The notes: generated by a model from the letters alone, not told the origin. Positions 44,354-55,706 are shown, counted from the stretch's first letter. The stretch is DNA of 64,000 nucleotides from Spirochaetota bacterium (GCA_016928815.1 JAFGJZ010000132.1:12947-76946), one strand, 5' to 3'. A program made the numbers and translations.

Positions 44354-44989
44354 GTGAATGTAATGTTACTTGATAAATTTACAGTTGATGGAAAAAAAAG
44401 CGGACAGGTCGAACTGGCAGATGATGTTTTTGCCGGAGAGATAAATGATACGCTTATTTATCAATATATAAATGCTGCAAATGCTGCTCTCAGACAGGGT
44501 ACTCATAAAACAAAAGAGAGATCAGCTGTAAGAGGCGGCGGTGTAAAACCATGGAGACAGAAAGGTACAGGCCGTGCTCGTCAGGGCAGCATCCGTGCTC
44601 CTCAGTGGGTTGGCGGCGGGACTGTTTTCGGACCAACTCCAAGAAGTTATTCTCAGAAGCTGAACAAAAAAGTTAAACAGGCAGCTGTCAGAGCGATTTT
44701 GTCGGTTAAAGCCAAAGAGAATAAAATCAAGGTAATTGATGATTTTGATATACAGTCAGGAAAAACAAAAGATATGTTTTCCGTTTTGAAAAAACTGGAT
44801 CTTGTTAAGGGTACATTTGTTACTGACAGTGACAGCGTTATGCTGAAGAGATCTGCTAAAAATATTGAAGCAGTAAAATTTAACAATGTAAAAAGAATTA
44901 ACGGACGGGATCTTTTTTATTCAAAACAGATTTTATTGACTGAGAGTGCTATAAAATATCTGAATGAAAAATATTCAAAAGGTGAGTAG
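44354..44989 (+). CDS. rplD: 50S ribosomal protein L4
   Basis: RGGGVKPWRQKGTGRARQGSIRAPQWVGGG. Confidence 0.95.
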   Translation: MNVMLLDKFTVDGKKSGQVELADDVFAGEINDTLIYQYINAANAALRQGTHKTKERSAVRGGGVKPWRQKGTGRARQGSIRAPQWVGGGTVFGPTPRSYSQKLNKKVKQAAVRAILSVKAKENKIKVIDDFDIQSGKTKDMFSVLKKLDLVKGTFVTDSDSVMLKRSAKNIEAVKFNNVKRINGRDLFYSKQILLTESAIKYLNEKYSKGE

Positions 44990-44991
44990 AG

Positions 44992-45273
44992 ATGAATATT
45001 AATGATGTATTAAAAAAACCTGTTGTGACTGAAAAAACAACGCTTTTACAGCAGAATAACAAGTATGTTTTTAAAATAGATAAACGTGCTACAAAAACTT
45101 CGGTTAAAGAAGCAATAAATAAAATGTTTAAAGTTATTCCTGCTGAAGTAAATATTATCAATGTAGCAAGAAAGAAAAAAGGTTTGAAATTCAGAAATGG
45201 AGTTACTCCATCCTGGAAAAAAGCAATTGTAACGTTGAAAGACGGCGATAAGCTTGATTTGTTTGAGAATTAA
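44992..45273 (+). CDS. rplW: 50S ribosomal protein L23
   Basis: Sequence and synteny. Confidence 0.9.
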   Translation: MNINDVLKKPVVTEKTTLLQQNNKYVFKIDKRATKTSVKEAINKMFKVIPAEVNIINVARKKKGLKFRNGVTPSWKKAIVTLKDGDKLDLFEN

Positions 45274-45296
45274 ACTAAGCTGGAAAGGTATAGAAA

Positions 45297-46121
45297 ATGG
45301 CGATTAAAAAATATAGACCGATAACACCGACAACAAGATATAAGACAACTCTTGCATTTGAAACTATTACTGCGGATGAACCTTTCAAGGGGCTTACAAA
45401 AGGGAAAAGTCAGCTTGCCGGACGTGGGTTTAAAAACCAGATTTCCGTAAGGAGAAAGGGTGGCGGTCATAAGAGAAAATACAGGGTGATTGATTTCAAA
45501 AGAAACAAGTTTGATATTCAGGGCCGTGTTGAAACAATTGAGTACGATCCAAACCGCTCTGCAAATATTGCTTTGATATGTTATGCAGATGGTGAAAGAA
45601 GATATATTATTGCTCCGGATTCTTTGCAGGTAAATGATACTATCATTTCAGGTGAAAAAGTTGAAATCAAACCTGGAAATACAATGCCTATGAAAAATAT
45701 TCCTGTTGGTGCAAATATATATAATATTGAGATGCATAAAGGGAAAGGCGGTCAGCTTGTTAGATCTGCCGGAGCTTCCGCATCAATAGCGGGCAGTGAA
45801 GGAAAATACTGTCTGGTTAAACTTCCTTCCGGTGAAGTACGGAAGGTTAATAAGGAATGTCTTGCGACAATCGGAGAAGTTGGTAATAAAGATCATAACA
45901 ATGTAACAATCGGAAAAGCCGGTCGTTCAAGATGGATGAATAAAAGACCTAAAGTAAGAGGATGTGTAATGAACCCTGTTGATCACCCGCTTGGTGGTGG
46001 TGAAGGTAAAAGTTCCGGTAAACGGCATCCGGTTTCACCGACAGGTGTACCTGCCAAGGGTTATAAAACTCGTGATAAAAATAAATACAGTAATACTATG
46101 ATTATTAAGAGAAGGAAATAA
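45297..46121 (+). CDS. rplB: 50S ribosomal protein L2
   Basis: Conserved L2 sequence, 274 aa. Confidence 0.97.
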   Translation: MAIKKYRPITPTTRYKTTLAFETITADEPFKGLTKGKSQLAGRGFKNQISVRRKGGGHKRKYRVIDFKRNKFDIQGRVETIEYDPNRSANIALICYADGERRYIIAPDSLQVNDTIISGEKVEIKPGNTMPMKNIPVGANIYNIEMHKGKGGQLVRSAGASASIAGSEGKYCLVKLPSGEVRKVNKECLATIGEVGNKDHNNVTIGKAGRSRWMNKRPKVRGCVMNPVDHPLGGGEGKSSGKRHPVSPTGVPAKGYKTRDKNKYSNTMIIKRRK

Positions 46122-46123
46122 AT

Positions 46124-46408
46124 ATGGCTAGATCAGTAAAAAAGGGACCTTTTGTTGATATAAAACTTTTTAAAAAAGTTGAAGAAATGAATTCCAGAAA
46201 TGAGAAAAAACCTGTTAAAACCTGGTCAAGAAGATCTACAATATTTCCTGAAATGCTTGGTCATACACTAATGGTTCATAACGGGAAAAATTTCATTCCG
46301 GTATATGTAACAGAAAACATGGTTGGTCACAAACTAGGTGAATTTTCGCCGACAAGAACATATAGAGGCCACAGCAGTAAAGATGATAAGCTGGCAAAAA
46401 GGAAATAA
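46124..46408 (+). CDS. rpsS: 30S ribosomal protein S19
   Basis: [12 protein letters not shown]... Confidence 0.95.
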   Translation: MARSVKKGPFVDIKLFKKVEEMNSRNEKKPVKTWSRRSTIFPEMLGHTLMVHNGKNFIPVYVTENMVGHKLGEFSPTRTYRGHSSKDDKLAKRK

Positions 46409-46749
46409 TGATGGAAGCTAAAGCAATAACAAAAACAGTTAGAATTTCACCGTATAAAGCACGACTGGTTGCTGATGTGATTAAAGGGGAAGGCTATTCA
46501 ATTGCAGTTGAAAAACTGAACGCTCTCCCTAAAAAAGCATCTGATATTATTCTTAAAACTTTGAAGTCTGCCGGTGCAAATGCGAGAAATGTAAATCCGG
46601 ATGTAAACGAGAGAGATTTATTTGTAAAAAAAATAACAGTTGATGAAGGGTTCACTTTAAAAAGATTCCGTCCGAGAGCACGGGGACGTGCAGGCAGAAT
46701 CAGAAAAAGAACCAGTCATGTCACAATTATTTTATCAGACGAAAATTAA
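46408..46749 (+). CDS. rplV: 50S ribosomal protein L22
   Basis: Sequence and synteny. Confidence 0.92.
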   Translation: MMEAKAITKTVRISPYKARLVADVIKGEGYSIAVEKLNALPKKASDIILKTLKSAGANARNVNPDVNERDLFVKKITVDEGFTLKRFRPRARGRAGRIRKRTSHVTIILSDEN

Positions 46750-46769
46750 GAAAAGGATATTTATAGGTT

Positions 46770-47456
46770 ATGGGTCAGAAAGTTAATCCAATCGGTATTA
46801 GAATAGGAATCATTAAAAACTGGGATTCTGTATGGTATGATGATAAGAAAGCATACAAGAAAAACATTCATGAAGATCTAAAAATACAGAAGCATATAAC
46901 TAAAAATTATAAACAGGCTGGTATTGCTAAAGTTACCATTGAAAGGCTTGCTGATAAAATAAATGTTAATATTCATGCATCAAGACCAGGTCTTTTAATC
47001 GGGAAAAAAGGTGCCGATATTGAAGTTCTTAAAGAAGAGATACAGGGAATAGCTTCTAAAAATGTTTATGTTAACATTGAAGAAATTAAAAAGGCTGAAA
47101 AAAACGCACAGCTTATTGCAGGTGTTGTAGCTCAGCAGATTGAAGGCAGATTTCCATACCGTCGTGCTGTTAAGCAGGCAATCAACTCAGCTATCAGAGG
47201 CGGAGTAAAAGGTATAAAAATTTCATGTTCAGGCCGTTTAAATGGTGCTGAAATGGCAAGATTTGAAAGCTATAAAGAAGGACGTGTTCCTCTGCATACA
47301 TTACGTGCAGATATTGATTATGGATTTGCTGAAGCTTTAACTACTTATGGACTTATCGGGGTTAAAGTTTGGGTATATAACGGTGATATTTTAACAAAGA
47401 AAAATCAGGACGAATCTGACGAAGACAAATACGCTGTAAAAAGAAAGACAAAATAG
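46770..47456 (+). CDS. rpsC: 30S ribosomal protein S3
   Basis: [14 protein letters not shown]... Confidence 0.95.
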   Translation: MGQKVNPIGIRIGIIKNWDSVWYDDKKAYKKNIHEDLKIQKHITKNYKQAGIAKVTIERLADKINVNIHASRPGLLIGKKGADIEVLKEEIQGIASKNVYVNIEEIKKAEKNAQLIAGVVAQQIEGRFPYRRAVKQAINSAIRGGVKGIKISCSGRLNGAEMARFESYKEGRVPLHTLRADIDYGFAEALTTYGLIGVKVWVYNGDILTKKNQDESDEDKYAVKRKTK

Positions 47457-47479
47457 TTAAATAGTTAGGGTTAATCAAA

Positions 47480-47887
47480 ATGTTAATGCCAAAGAAAGTT
47501 AAGCATAGAAAAGTACATAGAGGCCGTACAAAAGGTAAAGCTCAGAACGGTTCTACAATTAATTTTGGAGAATGCGCAATTAAAGCTCTTGAGCTGGGAC
47601 GAATTAACAGCCGTCAGATTGAAGCCGCCCGTATTTCTATTACCAGAAAGGTAAAAAGAGGCGGAAAATTATGGATTAGAATTTTCCCTGACAAACCGTT
47701 TACAAAAAAAGCCGCTGAAACCCGAATGGGTAAAGGAAAAGGAAATCCTGAAGGTTTTGAAGCAATTGTAAAACCTGGACGTATTCTTTTTGAATTATCA
47801 GGGGTTGAAAAAGATGTTATGATTACAGCTTTGGAAGCAGCATCTTCAAAACTGCCTATTAAAACAAAAGTTATTTCGATAGATTAA
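47480..47887 (+). CDS. rplP: 50S ribosomal protein L16
   Basis: [16 protein letters not shown]... Confidence 0.95.
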   Translation: MLMPKKVKHRKVHRGRTKGKAQNGSTINFGECAIKALELGRINSRQIEAARISITRKVKRGGKLWIRIFPDKPFTKKAAETRMGKGKGNPEGFEAIVKPGRILFELSGVEKDVMITALEAASSKLPIKTKVISID

Positions 47888-47904
47888 TAATACGGGAAAT
47901 AAAG

Positions 47905-48108
47905 ATGAAAAGTAAATTAGAAGAATTAACGCTTGATGAGCTTAAAAAAGAACTTAATGATGCTAAAGAAAAAATAAGAATATCAAGGTTTAAAGCGGTT
48001 ACTGGAAATCTGCAGAATACAAAGGAAATCCGTGACAATAAAAAGAAAATTGCCAGAATTCATACATTAAAAAAAGAGTATGAGATTGGTCTAAGAGTAA
48101 AGAAATAA
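47905..48108 (+). CDS. rpmC: 50S ribosomal protein L29
   Basis: 67 aa helical. Synteny. Confidence 0.88.
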   Translation: MKSKLEELTLDELKKELNDAKEKIRISRFKAVTGNLQNTKEIRDNKKKIARIHTLKKEYEIGLRVKK

Positions 48109-48130
48109 TTCTTACAGCAGGTATTGGAAG

Positions 48131-48388
48131 ATGGAAACTAAAGCGATAAAAAAAACGTTACAGGGCAAAGTTGTCAGCAATAGAATGGATAAAACAATTG
48201 TTGTTCTAGTAGAAACTAAAATAATGCATCCTTTATATAAAAAGTATGTTAAGAGAAGCAGAAAAGTTAAGAGTCATGATGAAAAAAATGAAGTTTCAAT
48301 AGGCGATACTGTGCTTATTGAAGAAACAAGACCTCTTTCTAAAGAAAAAAGATATCGTTTAATCGAAATTATAGAAAAGGTTAAATAG
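48131..48388 (+). CDS. rpsQ: 30S ribosomal protein S17
   Basis: [17 protein letters not shown]... Confidence 0.93.
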   Translation: METKAIKKTLQGKVVSNRMDKTIVVLVETKIMHPLYKKYVKRSRKVKSHDEKNEVSIGDTVLIEETRPLSKEKRYRLIEIIEKVK

Positions 48389-48398
48389 GGGAATTGCA

Positions 48399-48791
48399 AT
48401 GATACAGGTTCAGACAAATTTAAATGTTGCTGATAATACAGGCGTTAAAAAGGTAATGTGTATTAAAATATTGGGTGGAACAAAACGTAAATATGCTACT
48501 GTCGGAGATATTATTGTTGTTGCAGTTAAAGACAGCCACCCTTCATATGGTTTGAAAGATTCTACCGGAAAGAAAGTACATACAAAATCAGTTTTAAAAG
48601 CAGTAATTGTACGTACTACAAAGCCGGTGAGAAGGGAAGATGGTTCTTATATCAGTTTTGATGACAATGCTGTCGCAATAATTGATAATAAAAATGAACC
48701 AAAAGGTTCCCGTATTTTCGGACCTGTTGCCAGAGAGCTTCGGGATAGAAAGTTCATGAAAATTGTTTCGCTTGCACCTGAAGTTTTGTAG
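48399..48791 (+). CDS. rplN: 50S ribosomal protein L14
   Basis: [22 protein letters not shown]... Confidence 0.96.
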   Translation: MIQVQTNLNVADNTGVKKVMCIKILGGTKRKYATVGDIIVVAVKDSHPSYGLKDSTGKKVHTKSVLKAVIVRTTKPVRREDGSYISFDDNAVAIIDNKNEPKGSRIFGPVARELRDRKFMKIVSLAPEVL

Positions 48792-48808
48792 AATAAGTGA
48801 GGAATGAG

Positions 48809-49126
48809 ATGGTAAAGACTAAATTAAAGAAAAATGATCAGGTAGTTGTTAATACCGGCAGTGATAAAGGTAAAAGAGGCAAAATTCTGGTTATTGATGC
48901 AGCTAAAGGAAAAGTTATTGTTGAAGGTATAAATAAAAAAACAAAATTTTACAAAGATTCTCAGGACAAAACTAACAGCAGAATCATGCAGATTGAAAGG
49001 CCTGTTAATTTATCAAATGTTGAATTCTTCTGCGAAAAATGTAAAAAAGGTGTAAGACTTACAGTAGAAAAAACTGAAACCTCAAAAAAGCGTATATGTA
49101 AAAAATGCGGAAAAAGTATTGATTAA
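48809..49126 (+). CDS. rplX: 50S ribosomal protein L24 with C-terminal CxxC...CxxC zinc-ribbon-like extension
   Basis: KOW region [18 protein letters not shown]. Start chosen at MVKTKL, which has a GAGGAA RBS. The C-terminus reads [33 protein letters not shown]. Confidence 0.9.
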   Translation: MVKTKLKKNDQVVVNTGSDKGKRGKILVIDAAKGKVIVEGINKKTKFYKDSQDKTNSRIMQIERPVNLSNVEFFCEKCKKGVRLTVEKTETSKKRICKKCGKSID

Positions 49127-49137
49127 GGGATAATATA

Positions 49138-49683
49138 ATGGCTGCAAGATTAAAAGAAATGTATGATAAACAGATAAAGAGCGATTTAAAAAATAAATTT
49201 AAATATAAAACCGTAATGCAGGTTCCAAAAATTGAAAAGGTTGTTGTGAATGTAGGGGTAGGTGATGCGCACTCGAATTCCAACAAGCTGAAAGCAACAA
49301 TAGAGGAACTTGCAATAATTACAGGTCAGGCTCCTTTGAAAACAGTTGCAAAAAAATCTATCGCTAATTTTAAAATTAGAGAAGGTATGGAGCTTGGTGC
49401 AAAAGTAACTTTACGCGGTGATAAAATGTATGAATTTCTTGATAGAATGATTAATTTTGCATTACCGCGGGTTCGTGACTTTAAAGGAATTTCACTCAAA
49501 TCGTTTGATAATTTCGGAAATTATAATTTCTCTATAATGGAGCAGGTTATTTTCCCGGAAATAAATTTTGATAAAGTTGATAATATTTATGGAATAAATA
49601 TTACGATAGTTACTTCTGCAAAAACTAAAGAAGAATCTAAGGCACTGCTAGATGGTTTCGGTATGCCTTTTAAAGAAAAATAG
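49138..49683 (+). CDS. rplE: 50S ribosomal protein L5
   Basis: Sequence and synteny. Confidence 0.95.
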   Translation: MAARLKEMYDKQIKSDLKNKFKYKTVMQVPKIEKVVVNVGVGDAHSNSNKLKATIEELAIITGQAPLKTVAKKSIANFKIREGMELGAKVTLRGDKMYEFLDRMINFALPRVRDFKGISLKSFDNFGNYNFSIMEQVIFPEINFDKVDNIYGINITIVTSAKTKEESKALLDGFGMPFKEK

Positions 49684-49695
49684 AGAGGTACTTCA

Positions 49696-49881
49696 GTGGC
49701 TAAGAAAAGCATGATTGCCAAACATAACAGGCAGCCAAAATTTAAAGTTCGTCATCATAACAGATGCGCGATTTGTGGAAGACCAAGAGGTTTTTTAAGA
49801 AGATTCGACATGTGTAGAGTCTGTTTTAGAAAACTCGCCAGTGAAGGTAAACTTCCAGGCGTTACAAAATCATCTTGGTAA
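49696..49881 (+). CDS. rpsN: 30S ribosomal protein S14 type Z (zinc-binding, 61 aa)
   Basis: [22 protein letters not shown]. Confidence 0.93.
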   Translation: MAKKSMIAKHNRQPKFKVRHHNRCAICGRPRGFLRRFDMCRVCFRKLASEGKLPGVTKSSW

Positions 49882-49901
49882 AATATTAAGGAAGGTTAAT
49901 T

Positions 49902-50303
49902 ATGAGTGCAGTATCAGATCCTATTGCAGATATGCTGACAAGAATCAGAAATGCAATAAATTCTAATAAAAAAACTGTTGATATTCCTTTTTCAACAATT
50001 AAAGAATCAATTGCAAAGATTCTAAAAGACGAAGGATTTATTAACGGCTACAAAGTAGTTGAAGATAATATGCAGAATTTTTTGAAAGTTGATCTGAAAT
50101 ATTCTGATATGAATGAATCAGCTCTTCAATCTTTAAAACGATTAAGTACACCGGGTCGTCGGGTTTATATTAAAGCTGAGGACATAAAACCGGTTTATAA
50201 TAATATGGGAGTATGGATTTTATCCACTTCCAAAGGTGTAATTACAAATAAAGCTGCTAAGAAACTGAATATCGGCGGCGAAGTTTTGTGCGAAATTTTA
50301 TAA
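49902..50303 (+). CDS. rpsH: 30S ribosomal protein S8
   Basis: DPIADMLTRIRNA... Confidence 0.95.
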   Translation: MSAVSDPIADMLTRIRNAINSNKKTVDIPFSTIKESIAKILKDEGFINGYKVVEDNMQNFLKVDLKYSDMNESALQSLKRLSTPGRRVYIKAEDIKPVYNNMGVWILSTSKGVITNKAAKKLNIGGEVLCEIL

Positions 50304-50319
50304 GTGATGGTTGTAGATT

Positions 50320-50859
50320 ATGTCAAGAATAGGAAATAAACCAATAAACATACCGAGCGGAGTTACATACGAAATAAATAATTCTGTTATTTCGTTTAAA
50401 GGTCCGCAGGGTTCTGATAAATGTGAAATTTGCGAAGGAATTTCTTTTAAAGAAGAAAGCGGAGAAATAATCCTTGTTAATTCAAATTTCGATGACAAAG
50501 TACTGCGTGCAAAGCATGGTCTTTACAGATCTTTAATTGCCAATATAGTTGAAGGTATAAGCAAGGGTTTTGAAAAACAACTGGTTATTACCGGAGTTGG
50601 TTATAAAGCACAGCAGCAGGGAAATGATATTCAGCTAAATCTTGGATATTCACATCCGATTGTATTTAAATCTCCTGAAGGTATCAAAATTACAGTTGTT
50701 GATCCTACACATATTAAAGTAAACGGCTATAGCAAGCAGGCTGTAGGCCAGGTTGCTGCAAATATAAGAGAACTTAGACCGCCTGAACCGTATAAAGGTA
50801 AAGGTATCAAGTATTCGGATGAAACTATTCTGAGAAAAGCAGGAAAAACAGGTAAATAG
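50320..50859 (+). CDS. rplF: 50S ribosomal protein L6
   Basis: MSRIGNKPINIPSGV... Confidence 0.95.
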   Translation: MSRIGNKPINIPSGVTYEINNSVISFKGPQGSDKCEICEGISFKEESGEIILVNSNFDDKVLRAKHGLYRSLIANIVEGISKGFEKQLVITGVGYKAQQQGNDIQLNLGYSHPIVFKSPEGIKITVVDPTHIKVNGYSKQAVGQVAANIRELRPPEPYKGKGIKYSDETILRKAGKTGK

Positions 50860-50861
50860 TA

Positions 50862-51230
50862 ATGGATAGAACAAGACAAAAACAGGCGAGATTTAACAGA
50901 CGGAGAACCCGTGTTAAAAATAAAATCAAACGTAATGATAATGACAGACTCAGACTTTGTATTTCAAGAAGCAATAAAAGTCTTTATGCGCAGATTATTG
51001 ATGATCTGAAGGGCGGTACAGTTGTTGCCGTATCTACACTTTCTAAAGATTTTTCTGATTTGAAAAACAAGGGTAATATAGAAGCTGCTAAAAAACTCGG
51101 AAAAGTAATTGCTGACAAGGCGAAAGAAAAGGGTCTTAATAGACTTTACTTTGATAGAAACGGGTTTTTATATCATGGTAAAATTAAAGCATTTGCGGAT
51201 TCCGCACGAGAAAACGGTTTGGATTTTTAA
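50862..51230 (+). CDS. rplR: 50S ribosomal protein L18
   Basis: Sequence and synteny. Confidence 0.92.
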   Translation: MDRTRQKQARFNRRRTRVKNKIKRNDNDRLRLCISRSNKSLYAQIIDDLKGGTVVAVSTLSKDFSDLKNKGNIEAAKKLGKVIADKAKEKGLNRLYFDRNGFLYHGKIKAFADSARENGLDF

Positions 51231-51240
51231 GGGTGAATAA

Positions 51241-51771
51241 ATGAAAATTACTAGTTTAAATTTAAAAAGACGTAGAATTAAATCTGACAATCTTGAACTT
51301 ACTGAAAAAGTTGTCGTAATTAATCGTGTTGCCAAAGTTGTAAAGGGCGGTAGACGTTTCAGCTTTAATTCACTTGCAGTTGTCGGAGATGGCAACGGTC
51401 ATGTGGGAATAGGTTTTGGAAAAGCAAATGAAGTACCGGACGCAATACGTAAAAGCGTTGATGACGGGAAAAAAAATCTATATACTGTGAATATAAGTAA
51501 AAAGACAATTCCTCATCAGGTTATCGGTGAATATAAATCTGCACGTGTTTTGCTTAAGCCTGCTACTCCAGGTACTGGAATTATCGCAGGTGCGACGGTA
51601 AGAGCAGTTGTTGAAAAAGCCGGAATACATGATATTCTTGCAAAATCGACCGGATCAAGAAATCCAGTTAATATTGTTAAAGCAACACTTGATGGTCTTA
51701 TCAAACTGAGAAGTCTGAAGGATGTTGCAGATTTAAGAGAAATTCCTCTTAACAAATTATGGGAAGCTTAA
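51241..51771 (+). CDS. rpsE: 30S ribosomal protein S5
   Basis: [17 protein letters not shown]... Confidence 0.95.
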   Translation: MKITSLNLKRRRIKSDNLELTEKVVVINRVAKVVKGGRRFSFNSLAVVGDGNGHVGIGFGKANEVPDAIRKSVDDGKKNLYTVNISKKTIPHQVIGEYKSARVLLKPATPGTGIIAGATVRAVVEKAGIHDILAKSTGSRNPVNIVKATLDGLIKLRSLKDVADLREIPLNKLWEA

Positions 51772-51784
51772 ATAGAGGGTAAAA

Positions 51785-51964
51785 ATGGCTAAATTAGTAA
51801 TTAAACAAAAAAGAAGCAGTATTGGTATTTTACCAAATCAGCGCAAGACTCTTGCTGCATTAGGTTTGAGGAAAATCAATTCAGAACGTGAACATGAAGA
51901 TAACGCTGTAACAAGAGGTATGATTAATATAGTTAAACATCTTGTTGAAGTAGTTAAGAAATAA
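51785..51964 (+). CDS. rpmD: 50S ribosomal protein L30 (59 aa; absent from the ORF track because it is under 60 aa)
   Basis: [32 protein letters not shown]... AGAGGG RBS. Sits between rpsE and rplO. Confidence 0.88.
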   Translation: MAKLVIKQKRSSIGILPNQRKTLAALGLRKINSEREHEDNAVTRGMINIVKHLVEVVKK

Positions 51965-51986
51965 ATAAATTTAAAGAGAGTCACTT

Positions 51987-52424
51987 ATGTCAGAATATAC
52001 ACTAGTAAAACCGGATTCTATAAAATCAAGAAAAAGAGTCGGCAGAGGAACATCAAGCGGTCACGGAAAGACTTCATGCCGTGGAATGAACGGGCAAGGA
52101 CAGCGTTCGGGATGTACCAGACGTCCATGGTTTGAGGGCGGTCAGTTGCCTCTATATAGACGGCTTCCTAAACGCGGATTTACAAATATTTTTAAAACTG
52201 AATTCGAAGTTGTTAATATTTCAACATTGGATAAAATGTCAGAAACTGAAATAACATCAGAAGTTCTATTTAAAGCCGGAGTTATAAGTGATTTAAAAAG
52301 TTATGTTAAGATACTCGGTAATGGTGAAATTTCTAAGGCAAAGACAGTAATTGCAGATGCTTTTTCAGATTCAGCTAAAGCTAAGATTGAAAAAGCCGGC
52401 GGAAAAACTCAAATTAAAAAGTAG
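51987..52424 (+). CDS. rplO: 50S ribosomal protein L15
   Basis: GRGTSSGHGKTSCRGMNGQ... Synteny. Confidence 0.92.
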   Translation: MSEYTLVKPDSIKSRKRVGRGTSSGHGKTSCRGMNGQGQRSGCTRRPWFEGGQLPLYRRLPKRGFTNIFKTEFEVVNISTLDKMSETEITSEVLFKAGVISDLKSYVKILGNGEISKAKTVIADAFSDSAKAKIEKAGGKTQIKK

Positions 52425-52433
52425 GCAATTTAA

Positions 52434-53780
52434 ATGGCTGATATAATTAGAAATATTTTTAAAGTTAAAGAATTAAGAAATAAACTTATGTTTACATTCT
52501 TTATTCTTGTAATATACAGAATAGGCGCACATATTCCTATTCCAGGTATAAATATTACAGCACTTAATAAATTTTTTGAAAACCTTTCGCAGGGAGCTGC
52601 CGGAGGGTTTCTTAATTTTTTTGATCTATTTGCCGGTGGAGCATTAAAACGGTTTACGGTTTTTGCACTTGGTATTATGCCGTATATCTCGGCTTCCATT
52701 ATTTTTCAATTACTTGTTTCAGTAGTACCGTCACTTGAAAAAATTCAAAAAGAGGGTCCTGAAGGCCAGAAGAAGATAAAAAATTATACTAATTATCTTG
52801 CGATTGTAATATGTTTATTTCAGTCTATTGGTGTAATTTCTGTAGTGGTAAACGCTAATTCTGACTCTTTAGTCATAGTACCGAATACGGGTGTACTTTT
52901 TTATGTAACAGCCATTATGAGTGTTACCACAGGAACAATGGTATTGGTCTGGCTTGGTAATGTTATTACTGAACGTGGAATAGGCAATGGAATTTCACTG
53001 ATAATCTTTTGCGGTATAGTAGTAAGATTTCCGGCTTCAATAATTGATACAGGAAGACGTATTGTAAATAGAAGTGAACCGATACTGGGAATACTGCTTG
53101 TTTTCCTGTTCTTCGGTGTAATAGCGGCAGCAATTCTTTTGACACTTGGAAGACGGAATATTCCGATACAATACGGTAAACGTCAGATAGGCGGACGATC
53201 AGTTGCTACTAATCAGCAGTTTCTGCCTATACCTTTAAATGTAGGAAATGTTATTCCAATCATTTTTGCTGTTGCAATAATGCAGTTCCCACAGATATTG
53301 CTAAGTTATATTAAGGTTGATCAGTCCAACTCTTTTATGGTTAAATTACAGACATGGCTTTCACCGGGACAAATTCCATATATGATTTCATATGCATTAC
53401 TGATAATCATGTTCTGTTATTTTTATGCAACAATAGCGTTTAATCCTGAAAAGGTATCTGACAATCTTAAAAAATATCAGGGATTTATTCCAGGTATCAG
53501 ACCGGGAACAGCAACAACAGAATATCTATTCGGTTTATTAAACAGATTAACTCTTTCCGGTTCTCTATTTCTTGCTTTAATTGCAGTGACACCGGATTTA
53601 ATAATAAAATTATGGCCTGAAGCAGTTTCGAGAGAAATGGCTTACATGTTTGGTGGAACGACTCTGCTTATTGCTGTTGGAGTTGCACTTGACACTTTAA
53701 AACAAATTGAATCTCAGCTTATGATGCGTCATTATGACGGTTTCTTTAAAAATACAAAGCTGAAATCAAGAAAATTTTAA
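52434..53780 (+). CDS. secY: preprotein translocase subunit SecY
   Basis: 448 aa with 10 TM helices. Conserved SecY blocks. Confidence 0.95.
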   Translation: MADIIRNIFKVKELRNKLMFTFFILVIYRIGAHIPIPGINITALNKFFENLSQGAAGGFLNFFDLFAGGALKRFTVFALGIMPYISASIIFQLLVSVVPSLEKIQKEGPEGQKKIKNYTNYLAIVICLFQSIGVISVVVNANSDSLVIVPNTGVLFYVTAIMSVTTGTMVLVWLGNVITERGIGNGISLIIFCGIVVRFPASIIDTGRRIVNRSEPILGILLVFLFFGVIAAAILLTLGRRNIPIQYGKRQIGGRSVATNQQFLPIPLNVGNVIPIIFAVAIMQFPQILLSYIKVDQSNSFMVKLQTWLSPGQIPYMISYALLIIMFCYFYATIAFNPEKVSDNLKKYQGFIPGIRPGTATTEYLFGLLNRLTLSGSLFLALIAVTPDLIIKLWPEAVSREMAYMFGGTTLLIAVGVALDTLKQIESQLMMRHYDGFFKNTKLKSRKF

Positions 53781-53782
53781 AA

Positions 53783-54544
53783 TTGGCTGTTTATTTATAT
53801 AATAACGAAGAAATAAAAAAAATAGCTCAATCATGTCAAATTACAGCAAATATACTTGACGAGATTGAGCTAATAATTGATGAAGGTATAACAACAAAGG
53901 ATATAGATTCTGAAGCTAGAAAACTTTGCAGTAAATACGGTGTTAAACCGGCTTTTCTGGGTTATCAGGGTTATCCGGCTGCAATATGTACATCTATAAA
54001 CGAAGTTGTAGTTCATGGGATTCCTGCAAAAAGGAAACTATTAAACGGTGATATTGTCGGTATTGATTTTGGTGTTTACTCTGAAGGGTATTATGGAGAT
54101 TCAGCCAGGACGTATATAATCGGTAAAGTTGATGATAAAATAAAGCAGTTAGTTGAGGTTACTAAAACCTCTCTATATAAAGGTATTAAAAAAGCGGTTG
54201 CTGGAAACAGGATATCTGATATTTCAAATGAAATTGAAGAGTATGTAAAACAATTTGGTTTTGTTCCTGTTAGAAATTTCACCGGTCATGGAATTGGTGA
54301 AAATTTACATGAAGAACCCAGTGTTCCCAATTACGGGAAACCGGGTAAAGGTCCCAGAATACAGGATGGTATGGTTTTTGCAATTGAACCGATGATCAAT
54401 ACTGGTACCTATAAAGTTGACGTTTTAGCAGATGACTGGACGGCGGTAACAAAAGATGGCGGATTTTCAGCCCATTTTGAGCATACAATAGCCATAATTG
54501 ACGGAAAAGCTGAAATATTAACTAAAGGGAAGAATTTTTGTTAG
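53783..54544 (+). CDS. map: type I methionine aminopeptidase (TTG start)
   Basis: Pita-bread fold motifs VVHGIP, DFGV..GYYGDSART, HGIGENLHEEP, AIEPM. TTG start 2 nt after the secY stop. No adk between secY and map. Confidence 0.9.
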   Translation: MAVYLYNNEEIKKIAQSCQITANILDEIELIIDEGITTKDIDSEARKLCSKYGVKPAFLGYQGYPAAICTSINEVVVHGIPAKRKLLNGDIVGIDFGVYSEGYYGDSARTYIIGKVDDKIKQLVEVTKTSLYKGIKKAVAGNRISDISNEIEEYVKQFGFVPVRNFTGHGIGENLHEEPSVPNYGKPGKGPRIQDGMVFAIEPMINTGTYKVDVLADDWTAVTKDGGFSAHFEHTIAIIDGKAEILTKGKNFC

Positions 54545-54553
54545 GAAGGAAAT

Positions 54554-54772
54554 ATGGCTAAAGAAGAACCTATACAGGTTGAAGGTGTTGTAATCGATAC
54601 ACTTCCAAATGCAATGTTTAAGGTTAAGCTGGAAAATGAACATGTGGTTCTTGCGCATATTTCAGGTAAAATGCGTATGCATTATATCAGAATTCTGCCT
54701 GGTGATAAAGTAACAGTTGAGTTGTCGCCATATGATTTAAGCCGCGGCAGAATAACATATAGATCTAAATGA
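54554..54772 (+). CDS. infA: translation initiation factor IF-1
   Basis: 72 aa. [22 protein letters not shown]... Confidence 0.95.
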   Translation: MAKEEPIQVEGVVIDTLPNAMFKVKLENEHVVLAHISGKMRMHYIRILPGDKVTVELSPYDLSRGRITYRSK

Positions 54773-54786
54773 AATAGAGGATATCA

Positions 54787-54924
54787 ATGAAAGTTCGTGT
54801 ATCTGTTAAAAAAGTGTGTAGTGAATGCCGTGTTATAAAAAGACACGGAGTTATCAGGGTAATTTGTACAAACCCGAGACATAAACAACGACAAAAAGTT
54901 AGAACAGTAAAAAATAAAGGGTAG
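54787..54924 (+). CDS. rpmJ: 50S ribosomal protein L36 (C+ zinc form, 45 aa; absent from the ORF track)
   Basis: [36 protein letters not shown]... Confidence 0.88.
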   Translation: MKVRVSVKKVCSECRVIKRHGVIRVICTNPRHKQRQKVRTVKNKG

Positions 54925-54931
54925 GTAAATA

Positions 54932-55294
54932 ATGGCAAGGATATCTGGTGTAGATTTACCAAATAATAAAAGAATCGAAATCGCATTAACTTATATTTAC
55001 GGAATCGGACTGACAACTTCTCAAAAAGTTCTCAGTATTGCTAAAATAGATTCGGAAAAAAGAGCTAAAGATTTAACTGAAGATGAAATAAATCATTTAA
55101 GAAAAGCTATTGAGCAGGTTACTAAAGTTGAAGGTGATTTAAGATCAGAAGTTGCTATAAATATTAAGCGCTTGATGGATATAGGCTGTTATAGAGGTTT
55201 AAGGCATAGAAGAGGACTGCCTGTTCGCGGACAGAATACTAAGAACAATGCAAGAACACGTAAAAATAACCGTAAAGCGGCATTCAAGAAATAA
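54932..55294 (+). CDS. rpsM: 30S ribosomal protein S13
   Basis: [14 protein letters not shown]... Confidence 0.95.
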   Translation: MARISGVDLPNNKRIEIALTYIYGIGLTTSQKVLSIAKIDSEKRAKDLTEDEINHLRKAIEQVTKVEGDLRSEVAINIKRLMDIGCYRGLRHRRGLPVRGQNTKNNARTRKNNRKAAFKK

Positions 55295-55311
55295 ATTAAG
55301 GAGAATGGTCT

Positions 55312-55695
55312 GTGAAACAGAGGACTAAGAAAAAAGATAAAAAAGTAGTACCTATTGGGATAGTTTTTATTCAGGCAACATATAATAATACTATTATTAC
55401 TATTACTGATATGCAGGGAAATACTGTTTCCTGGGCTTCTGCAGGTGGTGAAGGGTTTAAAGGTTCAAGAAAATCCACTCCATATGCTGCACAGATGGCT
55501 GCTAAAACCGCTGCTCAAAAAGCTATGGATTCTGCAAGCATGAGATCTGCTGAGGTTCTTGTTAAAGGACCGGGAATCGGTCGGGAAAGTGCAATAAGAT
55601 CAATAATGCAGACAGGAATTACAGTTACAAAGATCACAGATTGTACTCCTATTCCTCATAATGGATGCAGACCAAGAAAAAGAAGAAGAGTTTAA
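55312..55695 (+). CDS. rpsK: 30S ribosomal protein S11 (GTG start)
   Basis: [12 protein letters not shown]... AAGGAGA RBS. Confidence 0.94.
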   Translation: MKQRTKKKDKKVVPIGIVFIQATYNNTIITITDMQGNTVSWASAGGEGFKGSRKSTPYAAQMAAKTAAQKAMDSASMRSAEVLVKGPGIGRESAIRSIMQTGITVTKITDCTPIPHNGCRPRKRRRV

Positions 55696-55706
55696 GAGGT
55701 TTTCTA

